DNA of 64,000 nt from an uncultured Planctomycetia bacterium (GTDB taxonomy: Bacteria; Planctomycetota; MHYJ01; WSZJ01), in contig CAZPWT010000029.1 in assembly GCA_964590435.1 (NCBI GenBank), positions 66,280 to 130,279 of the forward strand, in the 5' to 3' direction. The notes below the pieces were generated by a model. The model was given only the letters and a program-made list of their open reading frames with translations, was not told the origin of the DNA and did not search any database. Within the stretch, counting starts at the first letter, position 1, and every line of letters begins with the position of its first letter. Positions 48,306 to 57,379 of this stretch are shown here, piece after piece. The translations under genes and the position numbers were made by a program.

Positions 48306-48922
48306 TCCGCGCGTGCCCCCGCTGCCGCCAGACCTCCGACCCCGCCCGCTCCGGCGGCGTCTGCCCCCACTGCGGCTATTCCGGATCGCTCCCGCGCTCC
48401 GCCATCCTCCTCCTCGGCATCGCCGCCCTCGGCGCCATCGTCGTCGGCGCCGGCATCCTCCTCGGCCCGCTCCGCCCCCGCGATCCCCTGCCCCCGCCGG
48501 CCCCCGCCGTTCCCGAAATCCCGGACACCGAATTCCCCGCCGCCAACGCCTCCATCCGCCCCCCGCGCAACTGGCGCTACCTCCAGCGCGACAATTCCTC
48601 CATCGCCTTCACGCAGGTCTTCGGCGCCGCCGCCCTCCGGTTCCGCGTCGCCCCCGCCGCCGCCGGACGCGACGCCCACCTCGCCCTCGTCCGCGAAGTC
48701 GTCCCCGGCGCCGAGATCGTCGACCTGTCCCTGCCCGAGTGGCCCGGGGCGGAAGCGCTCGCGGTGCGACTCGCGGGGGACCCGCGGGTCGGCGCGTCGT
48801 GGCTCCTCCCGCGCGGAGACCGGTCCCTCCAGGTGATCTTCTGGGGCGCCGAGCCCGAGCTTGCCGACGTCAAGGCGTTCCGCGAGGGACTCCGTCTGCA
48901 GGACATCCCGCCGGCGAAATAA
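48302..48922 (+). CDS. Paralogous zinc-ribbon membrane protein (CPRC…CPHC ribbon, transmembrane helix, extracytoplasmic domain).
   Basis: MIRACPRCRQTSDPARSGGVCPHCGYSG…AILLLGIAALGAIVVGAGILLG…. Same architecture as 47360..48136. Confidence 0.65.
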   Translation: MIRACPRCRQTSDPARSGGVCPHCGYSGSLPRSAILLLGIAALGAIVVGAGILLGPLRPRDPLPPPAPAVPEIPDTEFPAANASIRPPRNWRYLQRDNSSIAFTQVFGAAALRFRVAPAAAGRDAHLALVREVVPGAEIVDLSLPEWPGAEALAVRLAGDPRVGASWLLPRGDRSLQVIFWGAEPELADVKAFREGLRLQDIPPAK

Positions 48923-48928
48923 AAAACG

Positions 48929-48960
48929 GGGCGGAAGGGCTCGCGCCCCTCCGCCCCGCC
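48929..48960. terminator. Bidirectional GC-rich hairpin terminator between the convergent zinc-ribbon gene and rho.
   Basis: aaaaaacggggcggaagggctcgcgcccctccgccccgcc. The stems ggggcgga and tccgcccc pair with inner gggc and gccc pairing. The minus strand has a trailing TTTTTT run; the plus strand has a weaker T tract. Confidence 0.6.
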
Positions 48961-48976
48961 TGGTTTCCGGGTCCGC

Positions 48977-50401
48977 CTACCGCTCGGACGTCACGTCGAA
49001 CTGCGCGAGGAACGCCGAGTTGCTCGGCCACTTCTGCACCCGCGGGATCAGAGCTTCCATCGCCTCGATCGGCTTGAACTGGGCCAGCGCGCGCCGCATG
49101 CGGTAGACCCGCTCGAGCTCCATCGGGTGCCGCAGCTTCTCCTCCTTGCGCGTGCCGGAGGCATTGATGTCGATGGCCGGGAAGATCCGGCGCTCGGCGA
49201 GCGGGCGGTGCAGCACGAGCTCCGCGTTGCCCGTCCCCTTGAAGTCCTCGAAGATCACCTGGTCCATCTTCGAGCCGGTGTCCACGAGGCACGTCGCGAT
49301 GATCGTCAGCGAGCCGCCTTCCTCCAGCGCCCGCGCGCTGCCGAAGAACTCACGCGGCTTTTCCATCGCCCGCGTGTCGAGGCCGCCGCTCATCGTGCGG
49401 CCGCGGTCGCCCGACTCCCGGTTGTAGGCCCGCGCGAGGCGCGTCAGCGAGTCCAGCAGGATCACCACGTCCTTCCCGCACTCCACCAGCCGCCGCGCCC
49501 GCTCCAGCACCAGCTCCGACAGCCGCGCGTGCGCCGTCGCCTGCTTGTCCAGCGAGCTCGACACCACCTCGCCCTTCACGTTCCGCTGCATGTCCGTCAC
49601 TTCTTCCGGCCGCTCGTCCACCAGCAGCATGATGATGTGGCACTCGGGATGGTTCATCGAGATCACCTGCGCCAGCCGCTGCAGCAGCATCGTCTTCCCC
49701 GTGCGCGGCGGCGCCACGATCAGGCACCGCTGCCCCTTCCCGATCGGGCAGATCAGGTCCATCACCCGCAGGGAAATGTCGTTCATCTTCCCCTCGAGGT
49801 CGATCCGCTTGTTCGGGTCGATGCTCGTCAGCTGCTTGAACACCGGCAGCTCGCGATGCTTCTCGGGCTCCATCCCGTTGATCCGGTCCACCGCCATCAG
49901 CGCCGGCCCCTTGCTCCGGTCCTTCGCCGGCGCCAGCGGCCCCTCAAGCCACGCCCCCTCGCGGATGGCGAAGCGGACGATCTGGGACTTGGCGACGTAG
50001 ATGTCCTGCGGGGTGGAGAGGTAGTTGTTCTTCGGGTCCCGGAGGAATCCGAACCCCTCGGGGTGGATCTCCAGCACGCCTTCGCCGCGCCCGATCGGCT
50101 GGATCGGCTGCCCGGGAGGCGCGCCCGGCGCGCCTTCCGCCCCGACCGCCGCCGCGTATCCCGGGTCGCCCGGGATCGGCTGGCCGGCGTAGGGGTCCTG
50201 CGAAGGGGGGTTCAGGACTGCGGCGCCCGGGCCCTGGTTCGGCCGGGGCGGTCCGCCCCTGCGGTTGCGCCAGCGGCGCCCGCCTCGACGGCCACGGTGC
50301 CGGCCTCCGCCTCCCTGGCCGCCGCCCTGCCCGCCACCCTGTCCTCCGCCGCCGCCACGCCCCATGCCCCCACCGCCGCCGCCCTGGTGCTGAAAGTTCA
50401 T
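48977..50401 (-). CDS. rho: Transcription termination factor Rho with a Gly/Arg-rich N-terminal extension.
   Basis: The RecA-like core has the P-loop PPRTGKTMLL and the motifs ATCLVDTGS and RRIFPAIDI. The OB-fold region is EGFGFLR. About 100 aa of GGGQ/RGG repeats sit at the N-terminus. A ~470-nt leader (50402-50871) is shared divergently with the outer-membrane protein gene. Confidence 0.95.
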   Translation of the reverse strand: MNFQHQGGGGGGMGRGGGGGQGGGQGGGQGGGGRHRGRRGGRRWRNRRGGPPRPNQGPGAAVLNPPSQDPYAGQPIPGDPGYAAAVGAEGAPGAPPGQPIQPIGRGEGVLEIHPEGFGFLRDPKNNYLSTPQDIYVAKSQIVRFAIREGAWLEGPLAPAKDRSKGPALMAVDRINGMEPEKHRELPVFKQLTSIDPNKRIDLEGKMNDISLRVMDLICPIGKGQRCLIVAPPRTGKTMLLQRLAQVISMNHPECHIIMLLVDERPEEVTDMQRNVKGEVVSSSLDKQATAHARLSELVLERARRLVECGKDVVILLDSLTRLARAYNRESGDRGRTMSGGLDTRAMEKPREFFGSARALEEGGSLTIIATCLVDTGSKMDQVIFEDFKGTGNAELVLHRPLAERRIFPAIDINASGTRKEEKLRHPMELERVYRMRRALAQFKPIEAMEALIPRVQKWPSNSAFLAQFDVTSER

Positions 50402-50871
50402 GACCTCTCCGCCAATAGAATGGCCCGCTCCGGACGGAGCTCGAGCCGGTGACCTTCTCCCCTGCGGAACCGCTGCACGGCCGCCGCTCTTTCCGCGGCG
50501 CCACGCCGATTCGATCTCAAGCCGGGACTCCCCGATCGCCGCCGCGCCGCACGCGCTTCACCCTCTGCGCACGCGCCTCGATGCCGTACGCACGTTTGAA
50601 CCCGTGACCGGCCGGTGCAACGTTTGGCTGGACTTGATGCCCTGTCCGGAAGTGTGAACTCCAGCACCGAAAGGGGCGGTCGAAGTGGTCCGAGCCGGAC
50701 CGCTGAGCCGGCCTGCGATGTGCGCGCAGGCGGACGAAACTGATGACGGGGAGAAGCGTAGCGTTCGCCGGGGGGCGGAGTCAAGCGAAATGGCGGGCGC
50801 GTGGCGGAAAGTTGGCGCGCGTTCGATTCATACCGCAATCGGCCCGGACCTGTAGGATCGACAATACAGGA

Positions 50872-53622
50872 ATGCGCTTCCGCCCCCTCGCCCTGCTCCC
50901 CGCCGTCCTCCTTCTGGCCTCCGTGGCCGGGGCGCAGGAGGACCTGCGCCGGGTGACCGACTGGCGCGTGCTGGACGCCGGCGAGTTCCAGATCCACTAC
51001 CCGGGGGACAACTTCCTGCCGCGGGCCCGGGAAGTCGCGCAGTGGCTGGAGACGGCGCGCGTCCGCCTGGAGAAGGAGCTCGACCACCGGCTGGACGGGC
51101 CGCTCAGCGTGGTGCTTTACCGGTCGCACCTCGAGGCGGGGCAGCACCTGGAAGTGGCGGACAACCCGGGAGGTTTCCTGCCGATCCTGACGCAGGTGCG
51201 GAAGCGGCGCATCCTCGTCCCGTGCGTCGGCTCGAACCGGGCGATGCAGCGCACGCTCGAGTACCAGCTCGCCCAGATGTTCGTCGACCAGCGCCACTAC
51301 AGCTCGAGCACCCTCAAGGCGTCGCTGCTCGAGGTGAAGAAGGACCTCTACGCCGACTGGGTCCTCATCGGCATCGCGGGCCACTCCGCGGGACCCCTGT
51401 TTCCCGTCGAGGAGATGCTCGTCCGCGACGCCGTGCTCGACGGCGAGCTCCCGAGCCTCTCGGCGATCCACTCCCCCAACAGCATGAACGTCCACGAGCG
51501 CTACCAGATGTACGTCGAGTCCACCCTCGCCGTCGGGTGGACCAAAGGCGGCACGCCGCGCGGGTCCCCCAAGCGCCTCATGCACGTCTTCGACTCCGAC
51601 GTCCCCTGGCCGGCCTCCCGCCTCATCGATCGCGCCTGCGGCATCTCCTACGACGACGTCGAGCGGCGCTTTGAAAAGGCGATGAAGGACCGGTACCTCC
51701 CGTGGGCGGCCCGCGAAGACGCGGACCGGTTCGCGCGGCGGATTCGCAGTTTCGAACAGCACTATCGTTTCTACGAGCTGTGCCCGGTCCCTTCTCCCGA
51801 GGGACGCCGGGTCGCGTTCTTCGAGGACGCGTCGGGATATCTCGACCTGGTCGTCCTCGACCAGGAGACGGGAGAAGAGTCGCACCCGCTCCGGATCCAG
51901 CTCCACGTCACGATCGACAACCTGCACGCCGACCCGCGCGGCATCGACTGGTCGCCCGACGGCAAGACGCTGTGCTTCGTCGGCGACCGCCAGGCAACCG
52001 CGCTGCTCTACCTGCAGCCCTCCGACGGCGGAGCGGCGCGCTCCATCCAGCTCCCCCTCGACCACGTTCTCTCGCCCCAGTGGTCGCCGGACGGCCGTTC
52101 GATCGTCTTTGCGGGGCTCCGGCACGGGTCGCAGGACCTCTACGTCATGGACGTGGCGACAGCGGACGTGAAGCGCCTGACGACCGAGCCCTGGCCGGAG
52201 AGCGAGCCCGCGTGGTCCCCCGACAGCCGCTCGGTCGCGTTCACCGGCGAGACCGACGGCCAGACCGACCTCTGGCGCGTCGACGTCGAATCCCGCAAGC
52301 TCGATCGCGTCACCCGGACGCCCTGCGACGAGTCCTCCCCCGCTTTCCGCCCCGACGGCGCCGCCGTCACTTTCGTCGCAGACCCCGGCGGCAGCCTCAA
52401 TCTCTTCACCCTCGACCTCGCCTCCGGCCTCACCACCCGCCACACCGACCTCCCCGGCGGCGCCTTCTCCCCGCGCTGGACCCGCGACTCCCGCGAAATC
52501 GTCTTCTCCGTCTACCGCCACGGCCGCTTCACGACCTGGGCCACCCCGCCCCGCGAATGCCCCGCCCCGGCCGACTTCGGCGACCCCGCCCGCGCCGAGG
52601 CCGCGGGACATTTCACGCTCGGCCCCATCGAGAAATTCGAGGTCCAGCCCTACGAGTCCCGCATCCGCTTCGAGTCCATCCTCCCCACCGGCGCCGCCCT
52701 CTCCGACATCCTCGGCTACCACCGCTTCGACACCGGCGTGGACTACAAGTTCCGGAGCGGCGGCTACGACCTGGCGTTCGACGTCACGTACACGAACCGC
52801 ATTTTCCGGCCCGACCTGTTCATCACGGCGGGGGGATCGACGCAGAAGGATGCGCACGGGACGGAAGCGATCCTGGGCGGGGCGGTGGGCATTTCCTACC
52901 CGATTGACGCCGACACGAGGGTCGCGCTGAGCGGGTTCGTGCAGGAGCACATCCGGCGGATCAGCACGGCAGAGGCAAGCACGACGGCGCCCAAAACGTT
53001 CGAGGACGGGTTCCGGCTGGACTTCGCGCGCCGAAACGTGACCAAGCGCCGGGACAACCCGGTTTCCGGCTACTCGATTACGGCGCAGGTGACGTGGTGG
53101 ACGCCGCCGCTGGCAAGCGATGTCGACCGCGTGAATTACGGCGCCGAGGGCCGGTTCTACGTCGAGCTCTGGCACGACCACGTCCTCGCCGTGCGCGCGG
53201 CCGGCATCCACAGCACCGGGCCCGACCGCGAGTCCCTCTCGCTCAAGGACCGCGTCCGCTCCTACGACTCCGGCGACCCGAACGGCACCGACGTCCTCTG
53301 GGCCAGCGCCGAGTTCCGCTTCCCCATCTGGCGCGACATCGACTGGGCGATGCCGATGCAGGTCATGCTGCTCAAGGACATCCGCGGGATCGTGTTCGGC
53401 GACGTCGGCGTGATCAGCAACGAGGAGAACGTCATGAACATGCTCGCCTACCCGGTGCGCGACGAGTGGCACTACGCGGCCGGAGTCTCCCTCCAGTTCG
53501 ACACCTACCTCGTGGAGCGCAAGTACTTCCCCATCATCATCACCCTCGTCAAGGCGCTCGACCGCACCGAGCACGCCCCGCGCGGCATCAAGTTCGAGGT
53601 CAGCTTCGAGCTGGCCTTCTGA
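50872..53622 (+). CDS. Outer-membrane protein with a signal peptide, a PD40/TolB-like beta-propeller and a C-terminal beta-barrel.
   Basis: ORF 50743..53622, trimmed to the ATG at 50872 (MRFRPLALLPAVLLLASVAGAQE). Multiple WSPDG/WSPD repeats are followed by an alternating-hydrophobic C-terminus ending …GIKFEVSFELAF, i.e. with a terminal aromatic residue. Confidence 0.75.
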   Translation: MRFRPLALLPAVLLLASVAGAQEDLRRVTDWRVLDAGEFQIHYPGDNFLPRAREVAQWLETARVRLEKELDHRLDGPLSVVLYRSHLEAGQHLEVADNPGGFLPILTQVRKRRILVPCVGSNRAMQRTLEYQLAQMFVDQRHYSSSTLKASLLEVKKDLYADWVLIGIAGHSAGPLFPVEEMLVRDAVLDGELPSLSAIHSPNSMNVHERYQMYVESTLAVGWTKGGTPRGSPKRLMHVFDSDVPWPASRLIDRACGISYDDVERRFEKAMKDRYLPWAAREDADRFARRIRSFEQHYRFYELCPVPSPEGRRVAFFEDASGYLDLVVLDQETGEESHPLRIQLHVTIDNLHADPRGIDWSPDGKTLCFVGDRQATALLYLQPSDGGAARSIQLPLDHVLSPQWSPDGRSIVFAGLRHGSQDLYVMDVATADVKRLTTEPWPESEPAWSPDSRSVAFTGETDGQTDLWRVDVESRKLDRVTRTPCDESSPAFRPDGAAVTFVADPGGSLNLFTLDLASGLTTRHTDLPGGAFSPRWTRDSREIVFSVYRHGRFTTWATPPRECPAPADFGDPARAEAAGHFTLGPIEKFEVQPYESRIRFESILPTGAALSDILGYHRFDTGVDYKFRSGGYDLAFDVTYTNRIFRPDLFITAGGSTQKDAHGTEAILGGAVGISYPIDADTRVALSGFVQEHIRRISTAEASTTAPKTFEDGFRLDFARRNVTKRRDNPVSGYSITAQVTWWTPPLASDVDRVNYGAEGRFYVELWHDHVLAVRAAGIHSTGPDRESLSLKDRVRSYDSGDPNGTDVLWASAEFRFPIWRDIDWAMPMQVMLLKDIRGIVFGDVGVISNEENVMNMLAYPVRDEWHYAAGVSLQFDTYLVERKYFPIIITLVKALDRTEHAPRGIKFEVSFELAF

Positions 53623-53625
53623 TCC

Positions 53626-54174
53626 CTACTCCGCCGGCGCCGGGGCCACGGGCGTTCTCCGCTTGTCGCCCACGATGAAATGCTCGAGCGCGAAGAGCGC
53701 CGCGCCGACGCAGATGAAAGAGTCGGCCACGTTGAACACCGGGAAGTTGATGCAGTAGACGTAAATGAAGTCGCGCACGGCGCCAGTGTCGATGCGGTCG
53801 TAGAGGTTGCCGATCGTCCCCCCCGCGATGAAGGACAGGGCGACCGTGAAGGGCCACGTCGGCGACTTCGAGCGGAGGAAGCTCCCCGCGATGACGGGAA
53901 GCGCGATGATCGAGAGCGCGGCGATGAACCACCGCGCGTTGTGCTGGGACAGCATCCCCCAGGCGACGCCCTTGTTGTACGCCGTTTCCCACTTGAGGAT
54001 GCCCGGGATCACGATCGGCGCCGGTCCCCGCCCCGGCTCCCCCAGCGTGCGGAACGCCAGCGACTTCGACCACAGGTCCAGCCCCGCGGCCAGCGCCATC
54101 ACTACAAAAAAAACAGCGCGACGGATGTTCTTCGTCGCGCTGCCCATTTCGACCGGTTCGGTCATCGGGATCAC
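53626..54174 (-). CDS. lspA: Lipoprotein signal peptidase (signal peptidase II).
   Basis: GNLYDR and FNVADSFI motifs and four transmembrane helices. Confidence 0.9.
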   Translation of the reverse strand: MIPMTEPVEMGSATKNIRRAVFFVVMALAAGLDLWSKSLAFRTLGEPGRGPAPIVIPGILKWETAYNKGVAWGMLSQHNARWFIAALSIIALPVIAGSFLRSKSPTWPFTVALSFIAGGTIGNLYDRIDTGAVRDFIYVYCINFPVFNVADSFICVGAALFALEHFIVGDKRRTPVAPAPAE

Positions 54175-54180
54175 GGGCGC

Positions 54181-54651
54181 CTATCCGCCCGATTCCCCCT
54201 CTTCCTTGCGCTTGCAATCCAGGCAGAGCGCCGCGTGCGGGATCGCCTTCAGGCGCTCCTTCGGGATCGGCTTCGAGCACTCCTCGCAGACCCCGAACGT
54301 CCCCTCGGAGATCCTCTCCAGCGCGTCCTCGATCGCCCCCAGCTCCTGCTCCTCGTTCTCGATCAACCCGAGCGTGAAATCCTGCTCGAACGTGTCGCTC
54401 CCCATGTCCGCCATGTGGATCGGCATGCTGGAAAGGTCGCCGGTCGCGTCCTGCCGCGAACGCCGCAGGGCCTCGTCTTCCATCTTCGTCACGTTCCCGG
54501 AGAGCGCCCCGCGCCGCTCCAGCAGCCAGTGCCGGTACGTCTCCAGCTCGGACTTCGAGTACGGGCTCTTCACCACCGGCTTCTCGGGAGGAGGCGCCTT
54601 CTCCTTCTTGCCGCCGCCGTTCCCGTCTTTTTTCGCGTCCTTCTTCATCAC
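54181..54651 (-). CDS. DksA/TraR-family C4 zinc-finger transcription factor.
   Basis: Coiled-coil region plus CEECSKPIPKERLKAIPHAALCLDC. Confidence 0.8.
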   Translation of the reverse strand: MMKKDAKKDGNGGGKKEKAPPPEKPVVKSPYSKSELETYRHWLLERRGALSGNVTKMEDEALRRSRQDATGDLSSMPIHMADMGSDTFEQDFTLGLIENEEQELGAIEDALERISEGTFGVCEECSKPIPKERLKAIPHAALCLDCKRKEEGESGG

Positions 54652-54672
54652 ACCCCCAGTCGCCGGCGGCCT

Positions 54673-54996
54673 CTATTTGCCCTTCTTCTCACCCTTCGCT
54701 GCTGCCTTCTTCTTGCCCTCCGCCTTCGCGGGCGCCTTCTCGGCTGCCTTCACCGGCGCCGGGGCCTTCTCGGCCGCCTTTGCGGGCGCCGGGGACTTCT
54801 TCGCTTCGTCCATCTCCCTCTGGCGCACCACCGTGTGGATCCGCGCCAGGTCGCGGCGGAGCTCACGAAGGGCCTGCGGGTTCTCGATGACGTCGGTGAC
54901 GCGGCGGAAGCGCAGGTTGAAGTGCTCCTCGTGGATCTTCTTGACCTGGGCCTTGAGCTCGTCGGTCGACTTCTGGCGGATTTCGGCGATTTTCAC
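54673..54996 (-). CDS. rpmC: 50S ribosomal protein L29 with a Lys/Ala-rich C-terminal tail.
   Basis: MKIAEIRQKSTDELKAQVKKIHEEHFNLRFRR…. Confidence 0.9.
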   Translation of the reverse strand: MKIAEIRQKSTDELKAQVKKIHEEHFNLRFRRVTDVIENPQALRELRRDLARIHTVVRQREMDEAKKSPAPAKAAEKAPAPVKAAEKAPAKAEGKKKAAAKGEKKGK

Positions 54997-55412
54997 AGGC
55001 CGTGTCTCCTGCGGATCAGGCGTGTCCTGATCGGCATCTTGTGGGCGATGATGTTGAGGACCTCGCGGGCGACGTCGTCGGTCACGCCCGAGAGTTCATA
55101 GAGGACCTGGCCGGGACGGATGACGGCCGCGTAGAACTCCGGCTCGCCTTTGCCCTTACCCATGCGGGTTTCGAGCGGCTTCTTCGAGATCGGCTTGTGC
55201 GGGAAGACGCGGATCCACAGGCGGCCGTTCTTGCCGATGTGGTGCGCGGCCGCCATGCGGCCCGCTTCCAGCACCCGCGCCGCAAGCCAGACTTCCTCGA
55301 GCGCCTGCAGCCCGTACTCCCCGAAAGCCACGGTCGTGCCGCGCGTCGCATTCCCCTTCATGCGGCCACGGTGCGCCTTGCGGTACTTGATGCGGCTCGG
55401 CATCAACTGCAT
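54993..55412 (-). CDS. rplP: 50S ribosomal protein L16.
   Basis: …PSRIKYRKAHRGRMKG…FPHKPISKKPLETRMGKGKG…. Confidence 0.93.
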   Translation of the reverse strand: MQLMPSRIKYRKAHRGRMKGNATRGTTVAFGEYGLQALEEVWLAARVLEAGRMAAAHHIGKNGRLWIRVFPHKPISKKPLETRMGKGKGEPEFYAAVIRPGQVLYELSGVTDDVAREVLNIIAHKMPIRTRLIRRRHGL

Positions 55413-55458
55413 GACACGTCTCCTGTTCTGGGTCTTCGGCGCTCAGGGCGCCGTTCGC

Positions 55459-56370
55459 TTACGAAGGTTTCGCCGGCGGAGGTGCGGACGGGGCAGGACC
55501 GGACGACGGACGCGGCCCCATCGGGGGACGCGGGCCGCCGGGACCACGGGGACCGCCGGGACCGCGCGGGCCGCCAGGACCACGGGGACCGCCGGGACCG
55601 CGCGGGCCGCCGGGACCACGGAACCCGCCGCCCCCGGGACCACGGTCCGGGCCGCTGCCGGGACCGCCGAACGGACGCGGCGACATCGGCCGCGGCGGCT
55701 TCACCGGCGCGGGCTCCTGCAGCCCCGTCCGGCGCTTCGCCTCCGGCAACACCTCGCCCTTGTAAATCCAGCACTTCACGCCGATCGTCCCCTTCGCGTG
55801 CACCGCCGTCGCACGGCCGTAGTCGAGGATCGCGCGGAGCGTATGAAGCGGGACGCTCCCGAGCGACAGCGTCTCGGAGCGCGCGATTTCCGCGCCGCCG
55901 ATGCGCCCCGCCACCGTGAGCTTGATCCCGCGGGCGCCCGCCTTCAGCGTCACCTCCGCGGCCTTGCGCATCGCACGCCGGAACGGCGCGCGCTTCTGGA
56001 GCTGCTCCGCCACCTGCTCCGCCACCAGCGTCGCCGAAAGCTCCGGCGTGTCGATTTCCTTGATCTTCAGCTCGGCCTTGTGGCCCACCAGCTTCTCGAT
56101 CTGCCCCTGGAGCTCCTCCACCTTCGCGCCGCGCCGCCCGATGATCACTCCCGGGCTCCCCGCGTGCACGATCACCGTCGTCGTCTCGCGCGTCCGCTCG
56201 ATCTCGATCTTCGGGATCTGCGCGAAGGCGTAGTTCTTCTTGATGAAGCGGCGGATCTTCTGGTCCTCGACGAGGAACTTGCCGAATTCCTTCTTCGTCG
56301 CGTACCAGCGGCTGCGCCACTCCTCGGTGATGCCGAGGCGGAAACCGGTCGGGCAGATCTTCTGACCCAT
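55459..56370 (-). CDS. rpsC: 30S ribosomal protein S3 with a C-terminal (PRGPGG)n repeat tail.
   Basis: [18 protein letters not shown]… The KH domain is followed by [19 protein letters not shown], encoded by an 18-bp DNA tandem repeat near 55540-55640. Confidence 0.93.
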   Translation of the reverse strand: MGQKICPTGFRLGITEEWRSRWYATKKEFGKFLVEDQKIRRFIKKNYAFAQIPKIEIERTRETTTVIVHAGSPGVIIGRRGAKVEELQGQIEKLVGHKAELKIKEIDTPELSATLVAEQVAEQLQKRAPFRRAMRKAAEVTLKAGARGIKLTVAGRIGGAEIARSETLSLGSVPLHTLRAILDYGRATAVHAKGTIGVKCWIYKGEVLPEAKRRTGLQEPAPVKPPRPMSPRPFGGPGSGPDRGPGGGGFRGPGGPRGPGGPRGPGGPRGPGGPRGPGGPRPPMGPRPSSGPAPSAPPPAKPS

Positions 56371-56376
56371 GGTCGG

Positions 56377-57021
56377 CTATCCCTTCTTCTTCTCAGGAGA
56401 CGGCTTGTGCCCCTTTTCGTGCTGGCCGCCGTGCTTGTGTTCGGGTTCGTGCCGGTGCTGGTGCTCGTGATGCTGGTGGTGCCCCTCGGGATGCTCGTGC
56501 CCCTTCTCGTGCACGTGCCCCTCGCTGCCGTGAGCCTTGTCCGCCGTGTGGTCGTGCGAGTGCTCCTTCGCGTGCCCCTGGTCCGGCTTCGCGTCCTTCG
56601 GCGCAGCCTTCCCCTTCGCCCCGCGACGCCCCTTCGCAGGAGCCTCCGGCGCCGGGCCGAGCACCACCGTCACGTGGCTCGTCCGCTTCAGGATCGGCAC
56701 CGCGCGCCCCTGCGGCGCCGTCCGCCACCGCTTGAGGGAAGCGCCGCCGTCGATCATCAGCTTCTCGACGCGCAGCTCCTCGACGTCGATGTCCAGGTTC
56801 CGGTCGCTCGTGATCGACTCCGCATTCGCGATCGCGCTCTTGAGCAGCTTGTGCAGGAACCTCGCGCCGCGGCGCGACGTCGCCTGCAGGATCTCCAGCG
56901 CGCGGTTCACGTTCTGCCCGCGGATCACCGTCCCCACGTAACGCAGCTTCTGCGGGCTGATCCGCGCGTGGCGGAGGCAGGCGCTGAAGCGCTGTTCCGG
57001 GGCCGTGGTTGTGTCAGCCAT
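56377..57021 (-). CDS. rplV: 50S ribosomal protein L22 with a ~80-aa His-rich C-terminal tail.
   Basis: The L22 core (RFSACLRHARISPQKLRYVGTVIRGQNVNRALEIL…) is followed by …HAKEHSHDHTADKAHGSEGHVHEKGHEHPEGHHQHHEHQHRHEPEHKHGGQHEKGHKPSPEKKKG. Confidence 0.93.
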   Translation of the reverse strand: MADTTTAPEQRFSACLRHARISPQKLRYVGTVIRGQNVNRALEILQATSRRGARFLHKLLKSAIANAESITSDRNLDIDVEELRVEKLMIDGGASLKRWRTAPQGRAVPILKRTSHVTVVLGPAPEAPAKGRRGAKGKAAPKDAKPDQGHAKEHSHDHTADKAHGSEGHVHEKGHEHPEGHHQHHEHQHRHEPEHKHGGQHEKGHKPSPEKKKG

Positions 57022-57031
57022 GGTTCAGTCC

Positions 57032-57370
57032 TTAGCCTTTCTTCTCGCCGCCTGCCGCGGCCGCAGGAGCGGCGCCGCCGGCAGGACCGGTCGTCTTGAT
57101 GTCCTTGGCCTTCGTGCCGCTGTGGCCGCGGAAGGTCCGGGTCGGCGCAAACTCACCGAGCTTGTGCCCGACCATGTCCTCCGTCACGTACAGCTTCACG
57201 TGCATCTTCCCGTTGTGAATCAGGAAGTTGTGACCGATGAACTCCGGCACGATCGTGCAGCGCCGGGCCCACGTTTTGATGGGCGTCGCGTCACTCTTCT
57301 TTTTCTGCTTCTCAACCTTCTCGAGAAGCTTCCCGTCCACGAACGGGCCCTTCTTCATCGAACGGCTCAT
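57032..57370 (-). CDS. rpsS: 30S ribosomal protein S19.
   Basis: [21 protein letters not shown]…[13 protein letters not shown]…. Confidence 0.95.
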   Translation of the reverse strand: MSRSMKKGPFVDGKLLEKVEKQKKKSDATPIKTWARRCTIVPEFIGHNFLIHNGKMHVKLYVTEDMVGHKLGEFAPTRTFRGHSGTKAKDIKTTGPAGGAAPAAAAGGEKKG

Positions 57371-57379
57371 GGACTCTCC

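Noticed and set aside
50398-53574. 1058-aa minus-strand ORF
   Set aside because: It lies antisense to the outer-membrane protein gene, which has a signal peptide, PD40 repeats and a C-terminal aromatic residue. Its translation is low-complexity.
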